Origin: an uncultured virus (IMG/VR IMGVR_UViG_3300036815_000199) | Taxonomy: Duplodnaviria > Heunggongvirae > Uroviricota > Caudoviricetes | Virus record (IMG/VR): IMGVR_UViG_3300036815_000199 | Reading direction: 5' to 3' (one strand) | Length of the DNA: 64,000 bases | Part shown: in pieces, positions 17,437 through 25,707 of the stretch | How the letters are laid out: every line of letters starts with the position of its first letter | Position numbering within the stretch: position 1 is the stretch's first letter | Notes under the pieces: generated by a model | The model's database searches: none | Seen by the model: the letters and a program-made list of their open reading frames with translations, nothing else | Told to the model about the DNA's origin: nothing | Made by a program: the position numbers and the translations under genes

Positions 17437-17873
17437 CCGCGCACCGCCGATGCGCTGGTCGTGTCGTTCTCGCACACTTCCACGCCGATGACCGGGTCGC
17501 CGAACAGGCCGACCGCCACTTTCAGCAGGTGGGCGGCCAGGTTCTCGGCGGTCGGGTTGAAGTCGACCGCGGCGGGGTCGGTGACCTTCCCGTCGCCGTC
17601 GCACACGTCGCCGGCGCCCAGGTGCCGGTGGTCGAGGCGCCGGTCGAGGTAGGCGCGCAGCGGTGACAGCTCGCCGTAGTCGAGCACCATCCCGGCGTCG
17701 TCGAGGTCGCCGGACAGCAGCACGGTCACCTGGTAGTTGTGCCCGTGCAGCCGGGCGCACTTGTGCCCGTCGGGCAGCCCGGTCAGCCGGTGGGAGGCGG
17801 CGAACCGGAATGTCTTGGTGATCGTCGCGGCGTGGCGGGCGACGGTCGCGGTGACCGGCTGGTCGGCGGTCAC
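17433..17873 (-). CDS. queD: 6-carboxytetrahydropterin synthase
   Basis: FAASHRL, KCARLHGHNY, LDHRHL, NPTAENLA. Confidence 0.95.
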   Translation of the reverse strand: MTADQPVTATVARHAATITKTFRFAASHRLTGLPDGHKCARLHGHNYQVTVLLSGDLDDAGMVLDYGELSPLRAYLDRRLDHRHLGAGDVCDGDGKVTDPAAVDFNPTAENLAAHLLKVAVGLFGDPVIGVEVCENDTTSASAVRG

Positions 17874-18559
17874 TGGCGGGCCGCCGCGGTGCGCCAGTAG
17901 CCGGGGTCGGCGTACCGGGTCGGGTCGGGCACCCCGGCGAGGGTGAACGCCTCGGCCCGCTCGACGCACGTGCCGCACCGGCCGCAGTGCACCTCGCCGC
18001 CCTGGTAGCAGGACCAGGACAGGTGCAGCGGCGCGCCGAGGCGGGCGCCGAGGGCGGCGATGTCGGCCTTGGACATGTGCACGAACGGGGCGGCGATCTC
18101 CACGTCGCCGTACCCGGCGGTGCCCAGCAGCGACGCCAGGTTCGCGGCGGCGACGAACTCGGGCCGGCAGTCGGGGTAGATCGGGTGGTCGCCGGAGTGC
18201 ACCGCGTAGGCGACCTGCCGGTGACCGCGGCCGGCGGCGGCGCCGACGGCGACCGCGAGCATGATCATGTTCCGGTTCGGGACGACGGTGACGGCCATCG
18301 ACGGCGCCGAGTAGTGCCCTTCCGGCACCGGCGCGCCGCCGGTCAGCGCCGACCCGGCCAGCAGGCCGCGCAAAGCGGTCAGGTCGGCGACGTCGTGGGC
18401 GACGCCGTAGTGGCTGGCGACGGCGGCGGCGGCGCTGATCTCGCGGGCGTGCCGCTGCCCGTAGTGCACCGACAGCGTCTCCACCGGGTCGGGGCTGATC
18501 GTCAGGGCGTGGGCGAGCAGGACGGTGGAGTCCATGCCGCCCGACAGCAGGATCATCAT
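17870..18559 (-). CDS. queC: 7-cyano-7-deazaguanine (preQ0) synthase
   Basis: LSGGMDST, YGQRH, VPNRN, YPDCRPEF, SWSCY...CGRCGTC. Confidence 0.97.
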   Translation of the reverse strand: MMILLSGGMDSTVLLAHALTISPDPVETLSVHYGQRHAREISAAAAVASHYGVAHDVADLTALRGLLAGSALTGGAPVPEGHYSAPSMAVTVVPNRNMIMLAVAVGAAAGRGHRQVAYAVHSGDHPIYPDCRPEFVAAANLASLLGTAGYGDVEIAAPFVHMSKADIAALGARLGAPLHLSWSCYQGGEVHCGRCGTCVERAEAFTLAGVPDPTRYADPGYWRTAAARQ

Positions 18560-19620
18560 GGCGGGGCGATTCCTTTCAGCTGGCCGGGGTCGGTGTCGAC
18601 GACGTGCAGCCGCGGCCCGCCGGGGGGCAGCAGGTCGGCGTCGAACGCGCCGGTGCTGGTGGTGGTGACGTGCAGCCGGGTCCCGTCGGGCGGCGCGAGG
18701 ACCGACAGGTCCATGTACTGCTCGGCGCAGTGCAGCGTCGGGCCGGCCGGGGCGGGCGCCAGCGGGTCATAGGCGTCCTTGTGGCTGGAGACGACGTGCA
18801 CGCGGGTGCCGTCGCCGGGCTGCTCGCGGATCCCGAACGCCGGCGGGGTCACGTGGTGGCGGGCCTGCAGCCAGGCGGCGTACTGCTGGGTGGCGGCGAC
18901 GGCCAGCCGGCCGAGCGCCGCGCGGTTCGACGGCTGCGCCTTGGCGATCGCGGCGGGCTCGACGCCGTACACGCGGCGCAGCAGCGTGCCGTGCCGGTAG
19001 GCGTCCGGGCCGCCGTCCAGGTGGACGGTGATGTCGCGGTGGGTGGCGGGGTCGAACAGCCGGACCCGCCCGTACCGGTAGCCCTGCCCCATGATGCCGG
19101 AGGAGTCGGCGGAGTAGATCGGCAGCACGTCGAGGATCTTGCGGTTGGTGACGCCCCAGGCGTGGAACCGCATGCCGGGGTGGCGGTCGCGGCCGTACCG
19201 CATGACCCGCACCATCCACGGGAACGCCCGCTTGGCGACGCCGACCAGGCCGCCGAGTCCGACGAAGTCGACACCGCAGGCGGCGTACCGGTCGAGCAGC
19301 GCGGGGTCGGCGCCGGCGTGGATGGTGGGCACCGAGTCGATGCCGTAGGTGTCGCGGAACGTCGCCCAGTTGGCGAAGGTGGCGTCGGGGTCGCCGATGA
19401 CGTCGAGCGCGGCGACCCAGGTCAGCCCGGCGGCCCACCGCTTGCACCACGCGGCGTAGTCGGCCAGCTTGACGGTCTTGCCCTGCGCGTAGGCGGAGAA
19501 CGCGCCGGAGTCGCCGATCAGCCGCAGGTGGCCGGGGCCGGTGACCGCGGTCATGATCTGGTCGGACTGGTAGTAGTGGTACGAGACCAGCGCGTCGACG
19601 GGGTAGGCCAGGCCGGTCAC
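18556..19620 (-). CDS. TGT/DpdA-like guanine transglycosylase (putative deazaguanine-DNA insertase)
   Basis: IGDSGAFS, ALDVIGD, PTIHAG, VGLGGLVG, FHAWGVT, YSADSS; directly upstream of queC. Confidence 0.8.
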   Translation of the reverse strand: MTGLAYPVDALVSYHYYQSDQIMTAVTGPGHLRLIGDSGAFSAYAQGKTVKLADYAAWCKRWAAGLTWVAALDVIGDPDATFANWATFRDTYGIDSVPTIHAGADPALLDRYAACGVDFVGLGGLVGVAKRAFPWMVRVMRYGRDRHPGMRFHAWGVTNRKILDVLPIYSADSSGIMGQGYRYGRVRLFDPATHRDITVHLDGGPDAYRHGTLLRRVYGVEPAAIAKAQPSNRAALGRLAVAATQQYAAWLQARHHVTPPAFGIREQPGDGTRVHVVSSHKDAYDPLAPAPAGPTLHCAEQYMDLSVLAPPDGTRLHVTTTSTGAFDADLLPPGGPRLHVVDTDPGQLKGIAPP

Positions 19621-20231
19621 TGGGCGGCCGCCTGGATCTGCACGCCGAGCAGCGCCGCGAACGCGACCGCGGCGTTGCCGTCGTAACTGTTCTTCACCAG
19701 GTCGTTCCACGCGGCGATGACCGTGTGCGGGGCGCGGATCGTCACCGACGGCCAGCCGTCGCCGGGCTGGTCGTCGCCGGGCAGCTCATCCAGGCCGGGC
19801 GGGCGCAGCAGCGCGATCATGTCGGCCAGCTCGTCCTCCCCGTAGCCGGTGCCGGTCAGCGACCCGGTGCGGTCCTTGTAGCCCGACAGCAGCGCGACCA
19901 GCGCGGTCTCGTCGAACACGGCCAGCTTGCCGAACAGGTTGTCGTTGGCGAGGATCCCCTCGGCCTCGTCGTCGCCGATGTCGAGGCGGAAGCCGGGGAT
20001 CGTCGCGGCGCCCTTGCGGGCGGCGCCGCGGTAGCGGGAGTTCCCGGCGATGATCAGCCCGGTCGACTTCTGCACCATCACGGCGCCGTAGAACCCGTGC
20101 GCGTCGAGCGAGGCGGCCAGCGCCTCGTCGGCGCCCTGGTTGTAGTTCTTGGGGTGCTCGTGCAGCTGGTCCAGCGGGATCGCCGGGTCGTATTCCTGCG
20201 GGGCGAGGTAGAACGGGATCGGGTCGGTCAC
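19617..20231 (-). CDS. ParB/Srx N-terminal domain protein
   Basis: LHEHPKNYN...SLDAHGF...IIAGNSRY; first gene of the deazaguanine operon. Confidence 0.85.
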   Translation of the reverse strand: MTDPIPFYLAPQEYDPAIPLDQLHEHPKNYNQGADEALAASLDAHGFYGAVMVQKSTGLIIAGNSRYRGAARKGAATIPGFRLDIGDDEAEGILANDNLFGKLAVFDETALVALLSGYKDRTGSLTGTGYGEDELADMIALLRPPGLDELPGDDQPGDGWPSVTIRAPHTVIAAWNDLVKNSYDGNAAVAFAALLGVQIQAAAQ

Positions 20232-20379
20232 GGCGCAGTCCTCGGGGGCGCGGTCGGCTGGCGGGGCGGCCGGCAGGTGCGCGCCGCGGCGGTGCCCGCT
20301 ACCAGTATCCACACGCGGGCCGGCCGGCGGGCGGGTCCCCGCGATGACGCGCCGCGTTTGCGCGCACCGCAGCGGCGGG

Positions 20380-20625
20380 TCATCGCGGGAACGGGCCGAG
20401 CCGCAGGAACGGGACGATCGCGGCGTGCAGCCGCTGCAGGTCGCTGGAGCGGTACAGGGCGGCGCCGGCGCCGCCGGCCTGCCCGGACGGCGCCCGGGCG
20501 TAGGGGACCCACTGCAGGGCGCGCAGCAGCAGCCTTAGCCGGTCGGGGGCGATCGGCAGGCCGGCGCGGTCGAATACCGCGCTGGCCTCCTCGACGGTCC
20601 ACAGCGGCTCGTTCCCCGGCAGCAC
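20380..20625 (-). CDS. Small HTH DNA-binding protein (MerR/xis-like, putative)
   Basis: LWTVEEAS...LY..SDL pattern. Confidence 0.55.
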   Translation of the reverse strand: MLPGNEPLWTVEEASAVFDRAGLPIAPDRLRLLLRALQWVPYARAPSGQAGGAGAALYRSSDLQRLHAAIVPFLRLGPFPR

Positions 20626-20737
20626 GTCCCGGACGCTACCGGCGCGGGGTGTCCGGGCGTGGCCGGACAGCGCGGCGTTAATGTGCGCGTAATTCCCCTA
20701 TTCCCTCACGGTGACCGGCTGGTTACAATCGGTGGCT

Positions 20738-21481
20738 ATGAATGAGTCGCTGCGCTGGCTTGACGACGCGGCGGTCGCGCCCGCCCTGCCCGGCCTGCTC
20801 TCCGGGCTGGTCGACCGCCTCCGCCGCGTGCTGGGCTCCGGCTGGCCGGCGCACGAGCGGATCGCCGCGATCACCGAGGAACTGGCCGGCCTCGCGCCCC
20901 CGCCGTCACCGCCGCCGGACTTCGCCGGGCCGGTCACCGGGCAGGCCGCGATCGCGCGGCTGCTCGCCACCAGCATCAGCCCCGCCACCATGCTGTTCGC
21001 CGAGATCGCCGGCGCGCCCGTCACCTTCGCCGTGTGGACGTCCTGCGACCACGCCGCCCTGACCCGCGCGCAGTGCGACAGCCTCGGCGTCGAGCCGGGC
21101 ACGCTCGCGGCGCACCGCCGCGGCTGGTTCGCGCTCGACGGGCGGGTGTTCGCCGACGTGACCTCCGACGTGCTTGTCGACCGGCTGCCGTCCAGGGCGC
21201 TCGCCGCGCTGAAGGCGGGCACCCCGCTGGGCGCGGTGATCGCCGCGACCGGGCGCCGCGAGCCGACGGGCGTGCTGCCGTGGGGCGGCGGCGTGGAAGC
21301 CTCGGCGGTGATGTGGACCCAGGGTCACAGCGGCCGGCCGCCGGTGCGGGTCGCGCTGGCCACCGAGCAGGTCCACGCCTGGTTCTGCGCCCGGCCGCTA
21401 CCCGCCGAGGTCGAATGGCGGGCCGGGGAACTCGCAGTCGGGGTCGATCAGCAGGAAGTCGTCGCTGTCCCAGTTAGCTGA
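20738..21481 (+). CDS. Chorismate pyruvate-lyase/UTRA-fold protein (putative)
   Basis: LGVEPGT..HRRGWF...VFADVTS..LVDRLP...LKAGTPLGAVI resembles the UbiC/DUF98 fold; TACAAT -10 at 20724. Confidence 0.55.
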   Translation: MNESLRWLDDAAVAPALPGLLSGLVDRLRRVLGSGWPAHERIAAITEELAGLAPPPSPPPDFAGPVTGQAAIARLLATSISPATMLFAEIAGAPVTFAVWTSCDHAALTRAQCDSLGVEPGTLAAHRRGWFALDGRVFADVTSDVLVDRLPSRALAALKAGTPLGAVIAATGRREPTGVLPWGGGVEASAVMWTQGHSGRPPVRVALATEQVHAWFCARPLPAEVEWRAGELAVGVDQQEVVAVPVS

Positions 21482-21577
21482 CGCGCGCACCGCGACGACC
21501 TCCTCGCCGCTCAATGCGACCGTCAGCCACGCGACCGCCTCCAGGCCCGGGCGGCACACCACGATCCACCGGCCCAT
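21398..21577 (-). CDS. Hypothetical protein (59 aa, absent from the ORF track)
   Basis: ATG abuts the upstream TAG; overlaps the 3' end of the convergent gene. Confidence 0.45.
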   Translation of the reverse strand: MGRWIVVCRPGLEAVAWLTVALSGEEVVAVRASANWDSDDFLLIDPDCEFPGPPFDLGG

Positions 21578-21727
21578 CTATAGCACCAGCCAGGCCGCCA
21601 GCAGCAGCGCGGCGATCACCGCCACCACCAGCACGCGCCCCGACAGGCCCGGCTCGCGCGGCGCCCGGTGCCGGCCGGGCGCGCTGCGGGGCTCCAGCAG
21701 CCCCTCGTCGTAGCGGCGGCGGGTCAC
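21578..21727 (-). CDS. Small single-TM protein
   Basis: C-terminal hydrophobic helix; GTGA coupling. Confidence 0.55.
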   Translation of the reverse strand: MTRRRYDEGLLEPRSAPGRHRAPREPGLSGRVLVVAVIAALLLAAWLVL

Positions 21728-21951
21728 CGGTGCGCCCGCCGCCAGTGCCGCCGGTACGCGGCCAGGGTGGCGAACCGGGCGCCGGTGCGGCGCCGGTTGC
21801 CCTGCCCGCACTCCGACCGGTAGCCCGGCCCGGTCTCGGCCCACGGGCAGTACAGCCAGGTGCCGCCCCGCTTCGGCGGCGGGACGTCATCAGCGACCCA
21901 TCGCGCCTCCGCCACGCACTCGCCGCCCGGCATCGCAACCCACCCGGTCAC
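21724..21951 (-). CDS. Hypothetical protein (possible C2H2-like zinc motif)
   Basis: GTGA coupling; YCP...ECG...HWRRAH. Confidence 0.55.
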   Translation of the reverse strand: MTGWVAMPGGECVAEARWVADDVPPPKRGGTWLYCPWAETGPGYRSECGQGNRRRTGARFATLAAYRRHWRRAHR

Positions 21952-22277
21952 CGGCTGCCCCGCTTCATCAGGTCGAGCATGAACGTGCGCGCCCCGTCGC
22001 CCAGGTAGCAGCGGGCCACCGCGAGGATGTAGCACTGCCCGGACGCGACCCACCGGAACACCATCTCGCCGCCCGGCCCGCGCTCGGCCAGGTCCCGGTC
22101 GACGGGCCGCCACACCTCGACGTCGATCGCGAAGAACGGGTCCTCGAAGGTGACCGACGACAGCGCCACCCCCTCGCACGACCGCACGTCGATGTGGATC
22201 TCGTCGCCGCCCTGCAGGTCGAACCCCGGCGCGGCGAGCGCCAGCGCGTCGGCTTTCATGTCCTCAACCCACGTCAC
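21948..22277 (-). CDS. Hypothetical protein
   Basis: Coding-like ORF in an overlapping gene chain. Confidence 0.6.
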   Translation of the reverse strand: MTWVEDMKADALALAAPGFDLQGGDEIHIDVRSCEGVALSSVTFEDPFFAIDVEVWRPVDRDLAERGPGGEMVFRWVASGQCYILAVARCYLGDGARTFMLDLMKRGSR

Positions 22278-23370
22278 GGCCGGCCCGCTTCCACGCCGCG
22301 GCGGCCAGCTCGCGGGCCTGCGCGCCGGTGACCTGCTCGGCGGTCAGGTCCTCGACCATGGGGTCGGCGCCGGCCGGGCCGACCCACACGCCGGGCGCCG
22401 CGTGCAGCCACAGCTCAGGGATCCGCCCGGGCCCGGCCGCGACGGTCACCGCCACGTCGTCGCCGATCGCGTCCAGGTCGGTCACCCCGTCCAGCTCGGT
22501 GGCGCCGCCCAGCAGCTCGGCCAGCCCGTCGACCGGGACGCCGTACAGCGCCAGCACCTGGATCGCCCTGGCGAGCTGGCGGCGCAGCAGCTCGCGGGCC
22601 ACCTCGAGCGTGGCGTCGTAGACGCGGCCCACCGCGGCCGCGGCCGAGCCGGGGTCGGCGGCGAGCACGGTCAGGTCCACGGTGTCCTCGACGCGGGCGG
22701 CGGCGTCGGCCTCGGCGCGGCCGTAGGTGTGCTGCAGGTACCGCATCACCGCATTCAGGTTGACGGTGCTCTCCCCGGCGAGGGCGGCCAGGTGCCGCTC
22801 GTAGACCTGCCGGGCGGTCTCCAGCGGGCCGGGGGCGGGGTCCTGCCACAGGCCGAGCGCCGTCGACGGCCGCTCGTACAGGGCGCCCGGGTCGGCGGGG
22901 GCCGGCGGGATCGGGTACATGACCGCGCCGGGCGTGCCGGCGTTGGCGGGGATCACGCAGTGCGCCCGGAACTGGCCGGGGTCGTCGGGGTGCGGCACGG
23001 TCAGCTCGGCCAGGTGGCCGGGGATCAGGTCGGCGGTCACGTCGATCGGGATGCCGAACCACAGCGACGGCAGGAACTCGCGCGGCCCGTCGCCGACGAT
23101 CCGGGCGCGCCAGTCGTTGCGCGGGTCGCCGCGGATCTCGTTCCACAGCGCCGGGTGGATCCGCAGCACCACCGTGTCCGGCGGCCCGCTGACGGGCCAC
23201 TGCTCGCCGAGCACGCGGGACAGCGCGACCGACATCGCCGCGACCGGGCCCTCGGGCATGTCGGCGCGGACCCACCGGCCGTTCTCAAGCCGCTCGCCGG
23301 TGACCCGCTCGATCCCGGCGATCACCTCGGCGTCGGCGCCCGGGCCGGGGTCGCCGTAGGGCGCGGTCAT
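22264..23370 (-). CDS. Hypothetical protein
   Basis: ATGA coupling at 23370; coding-like composition. Confidence 0.65.
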   Translation of the reverse strand: MTAPYGDPGPGADAEVIAGIERVTGERLENGRWVRADMPEGPVAAMSVALSRVLGEQWPVSGPPDTVVLRIHPALWNEIRGDPRNDWRARIVGDGPREFLPSLWFGIPIDVTADLIPGHLAELTVPHPDDPGQFRAHCVIPANAGTPGAVMYPIPPAPADPGALYERPSTALGLWQDPAPGPLETARQVYERHLAALAGESTVNLNAVMRYLQHTYGRAEADAAARVEDTVDLTVLAADPGSAAAAVGRVYDATLEVARELLRRQLARAIQVLALYGVPVDGLAELLGGATELDGVTDLDAIGDDVAVTVAAGPGRIPELWLHAAPGVWVGPAGADPMVEDLTAEQVTGAQARELAAAAWKRAGRDVG

Positions 23371-23558
23371 GCCGGCGGCCCGATGACGGCGAGCAGCCGG
23401 GCCAGCGACCAGGCATAGGTGGCGGTGTCGCCGGCGGCGTTGATCCGCGCCGCCTGCTCGGCTGTCACGATGACCTCCTGGCGGTCCTCGATCACGATCC
23501 TGACGTGGCGGCTGCCGCACACCGCGGCCGGGCAGCCGTCGACGTCACACCAGTCCAT
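23367..23558 (-). CDS. Hypothetical protein
   Basis: Short ORF coupled to the downstream gene. Confidence 0.55.
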   Translation of the reverse strand: MDWCDVDGCPAAVCGSRHVRIVIEDRQEVIVTAEQAARINAAGDTATYAWSLARLLAVIGPPA

Positions 23559-23722
23559 GCCGGCAGGCTACCGCCACCAGCGCCACCACCAGCGGTGGAA
23601 CGGCTCCGTGCCGCCGGCGAACCGGACCCGCCGCCCGCACCGGGGGCACACCCAGCGGCGCCGCGGGACCGACCACTCGGCGCGTTCGGTGGTGTGCGGG
23701 CGCAGCCGCCACCCCGCCGCCG

Positions 23723-24400
23723 TCACGCGGCCCGCCCGGTCAGCTGGGCGAGCAGGTCAGCGCCGATGTCCATCGTGTAGGCGGGCGGGATCGCGTCGCC
23801 GAGCTCCCGTTCGGTCATCCACCCGATGCCCATCAGCTCCCGGGCGCGGGCCTGCGGGATGTGCTGCACCGTCCGGTTGGGGCGCGGTGTCTCGGCGCGG
23901 GCGCCGTGCCGCAGCACGATCGCGGCGGGCCGGTCGTGGCGGCACGGCGGCCGCAGGCTGAACCCGTGCCAGGACGTCTCGAACCACCGCTGCCTGATGA
24001 TCATCCACCGGTCGTCGGCCAGCCCGTACATGCAGCCGCACAGCTCGTAGTCGGGGCGCATCGGCGCGAACGGCACGTTCTCGATCACCCACGGCGCGCC
24101 GGTCCCCTGCAGGCGGCCGCGGACGGCGGGCAGCAGCCAGCCGGTGCCGACGGTGCGGATCCGCGATCGCCGGTGGTCGGTGCACGGCGGCGAGGCGTGG
24201 TAGGCGTCGAACCCGTCGACCGGGGCGTCCATCACGTCGCAGCGGATGAAGCAGCCGGGGTAGCGGGGCTGGTCGCGGACGTCGAACCCGACGACGTGGA
24301 ACCCGGCGAGCATGTAGCCGAACCCGGCGCCGCCGGCGCCTGAGCACCAGTCGGCCAGCACCGGGGCGCGGTCGTCGGCGCAGACCGGGCAGGCGGTCAC
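23723..24400 (-). CDS. DNA (cytosine-5) methyltransferase, compact phage type
   Basis: DWCSGAGG, HASPPC, WVIENV, RQRWFE, ELGDAIPPAYT. Confidence 0.88.
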   Translation of the reverse strand: MTACPVCADDRAPVLADWCSGAGGAGFGYMLAGFHVVGFDVRDQPRYPGCFIRCDVMDAPVDGFDAYHASPPCTDHRRSRIRTVGTGWLLPAVRGRLQGTGAPWVIENVPFAPMRPDYELCGCMYGLADDRWMIIRQRWFETSWHGFSLRPPCRHDRPAAIVLRHGARAETPRPNRTVQHIPQARARELMGIGWMTERELGDAIPPAYTMDIGADLLAQLTGRAA

Positions 24401-24690
24401 GGCGGGCAGGTGCAGCCGGGCCCGTGCACCATGAAGCCCAGCGCCGCCCGGTAGCAGGCGGGCGCGGGCTCCGGCGGGTCGGTGAACCCGGCGTCCCACA
24501 GGTCCGCGGCCGGGTCGCCGGCCGGGTCGCGCGGGCCGGCCGCCCACGTGCGCCAGCCGGTGCGGGTGAACCCGGCGCGCCGCAGCCGCGCCGCGGTCGC
24601 CGGCCACGTGACCAGCTCGCGCAGCCACCAGGCGGCCTCCAGCCAGCGCGGCGGCCCGTCCGGTTCGCGTTTAGGGTCCATCACCGTCAT
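24397..24690 (-). CDS. Hypothetical protein
   Basis: Coupled ORF, Trp-rich. Confidence 0.55.
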   Translation of the reverse strand: MTVMDPKREPDGPPRWLEAAWWLRELVTWPATAARLRRAGFTRTGWRTWAAGPRDPAGDPAADLWDAGFTDPPEPAPACYRAALGFMVHGPGCTCPP

Positions 24691-25336
24691 CCTCCTGCCG
24701 GGCGGTCATGTCGGGGGCGGTTTCGATCAGCCCGTCGGCCCACTCCAGCCTGGGCCGCCCGTCCGGGCCGGTGGTCATCACCGCGACCGGCGGGTGCCCG
24801 TCGCCGTCGGCGCAGCCGTACACGGTGCAGTGCACGGTGCGGGCGTCCAGGTCGGCGACCAGCTGGAACGCGCCGCAGTGCGGGCACCGCGGCGGCAGCG
24901 CCTCCCCCGCCCGCCTGGGCAGATGCCGCAGCCGGCGGCCCTCGTCGATGCCGTGCACGGTGCGCGCCTCGGCGATGCGGGCCTCGATGTAGCGGGCGGT
25001 CCGCTCGGCGACCTCCGGGGTCAGCCCGGCGGTCAGCCGCGGGATCGCGGTCAGCGCGGCGGCGGTGTTCCCCGGTGACCCGCCGCGGCGGGTGCCGGGG
25101 TGGCCGGTGACCAGGTAGCGCAGCACCGCCTCCAGCCGCCGGACCCCCTCATGGGCGTTCATCAGCGCCCGCCCGGCCGGGCTGTACCACGGCTCGGGTG
25201 ACTCCGCCGCCCGGCTGGTCATGCCCGGCGCGGCGCCCTCGGCGGCGGGCTCCGGCAGCAGCTGCTCCAGGGTCTCCAGGTAGCGCGCCAGCGCGCCGCA
25301 CGCCTCGGCCACCGGGTCGGCGGCGGCCGCGTTCAC
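24671..25336 (-). CDS. Zinc-ribbon-containing hypothetical protein
   Basis: RCPHCG...HCTVYGC. Confidence 0.65.
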   Translation of the reverse strand: MNAAAADPVAEACGALARYLETLEQLLPEPAAEGAAPGMTSRAAESPEPWYSPAGRALMNAHEGVRRLEAVLRYLVTGHPGTRRGGSPGNTAAALTAIPRLTAGLTPEVAERTARYIEARIAEARTVHGIDEGRRLRHLPRRAGEALPPRCPHCGAFQLVADLDARTVHCTVYGCADGDGHPPVAVMTTGPDGRPRLEWADGLIETAPDMTARQEDDGDGP

Positions 25337-25707
25337 GCCGTAGCCCCGGGGGCTACGGGCGGATCGCCGCCGGGCCGCAGCCGGGGCGGCGGGGCGTCGT
25401 CGGGCAGCGCCGGGTCCATCGACCGTCCCAGCGCCGGCCGCAGGTCCAGCACCCCGACCACCTCATCGCCGGCGACAGCGGTGCCGAGGGCGGGCAGCCC
25501 GTTGTGGACGGCGTTGGACGCCTGCCACGCCAGCGCGGCGGCCTGGTCGCGGTAGGCGAACGCGATCGCGTCGGCGGGGTGCACCAGCCCGCGCAGCCCC
25601 AGCAGCGCCAGCGCCCGCCCCGCGTCGACCATCCGCGGTTCGCCGTGCGCGGCGGTCAGCGCCATCCGGCGGGCGGCCCGGGCGTCGTGCCCGTCGCCGG
25701 CGGTCAC
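25333..25707 (-). CDS. Hypothetical protein
   Basis: GTGA coupling with both neighbours. Confidence 0.5.
   Translation of the reverse strand: MTAGDGHDARAARRMALTAAHGEPRMVDAGRALALLGLRGLVHPADAIAFAYRDQAAALAWQASNAVHNGLPALGTAVAGDEVVGVLDLRPALGRSMDPALPDDAPPPRLRPGGDPPVAPGATA

Noticed and set aside
20232..20379. Possible preQ1 riboswitch upstream of the que operon
   Set aside because: No recognisable preQ1 aptamer stem-loop with A-rich tail; only GC-rich sequence.
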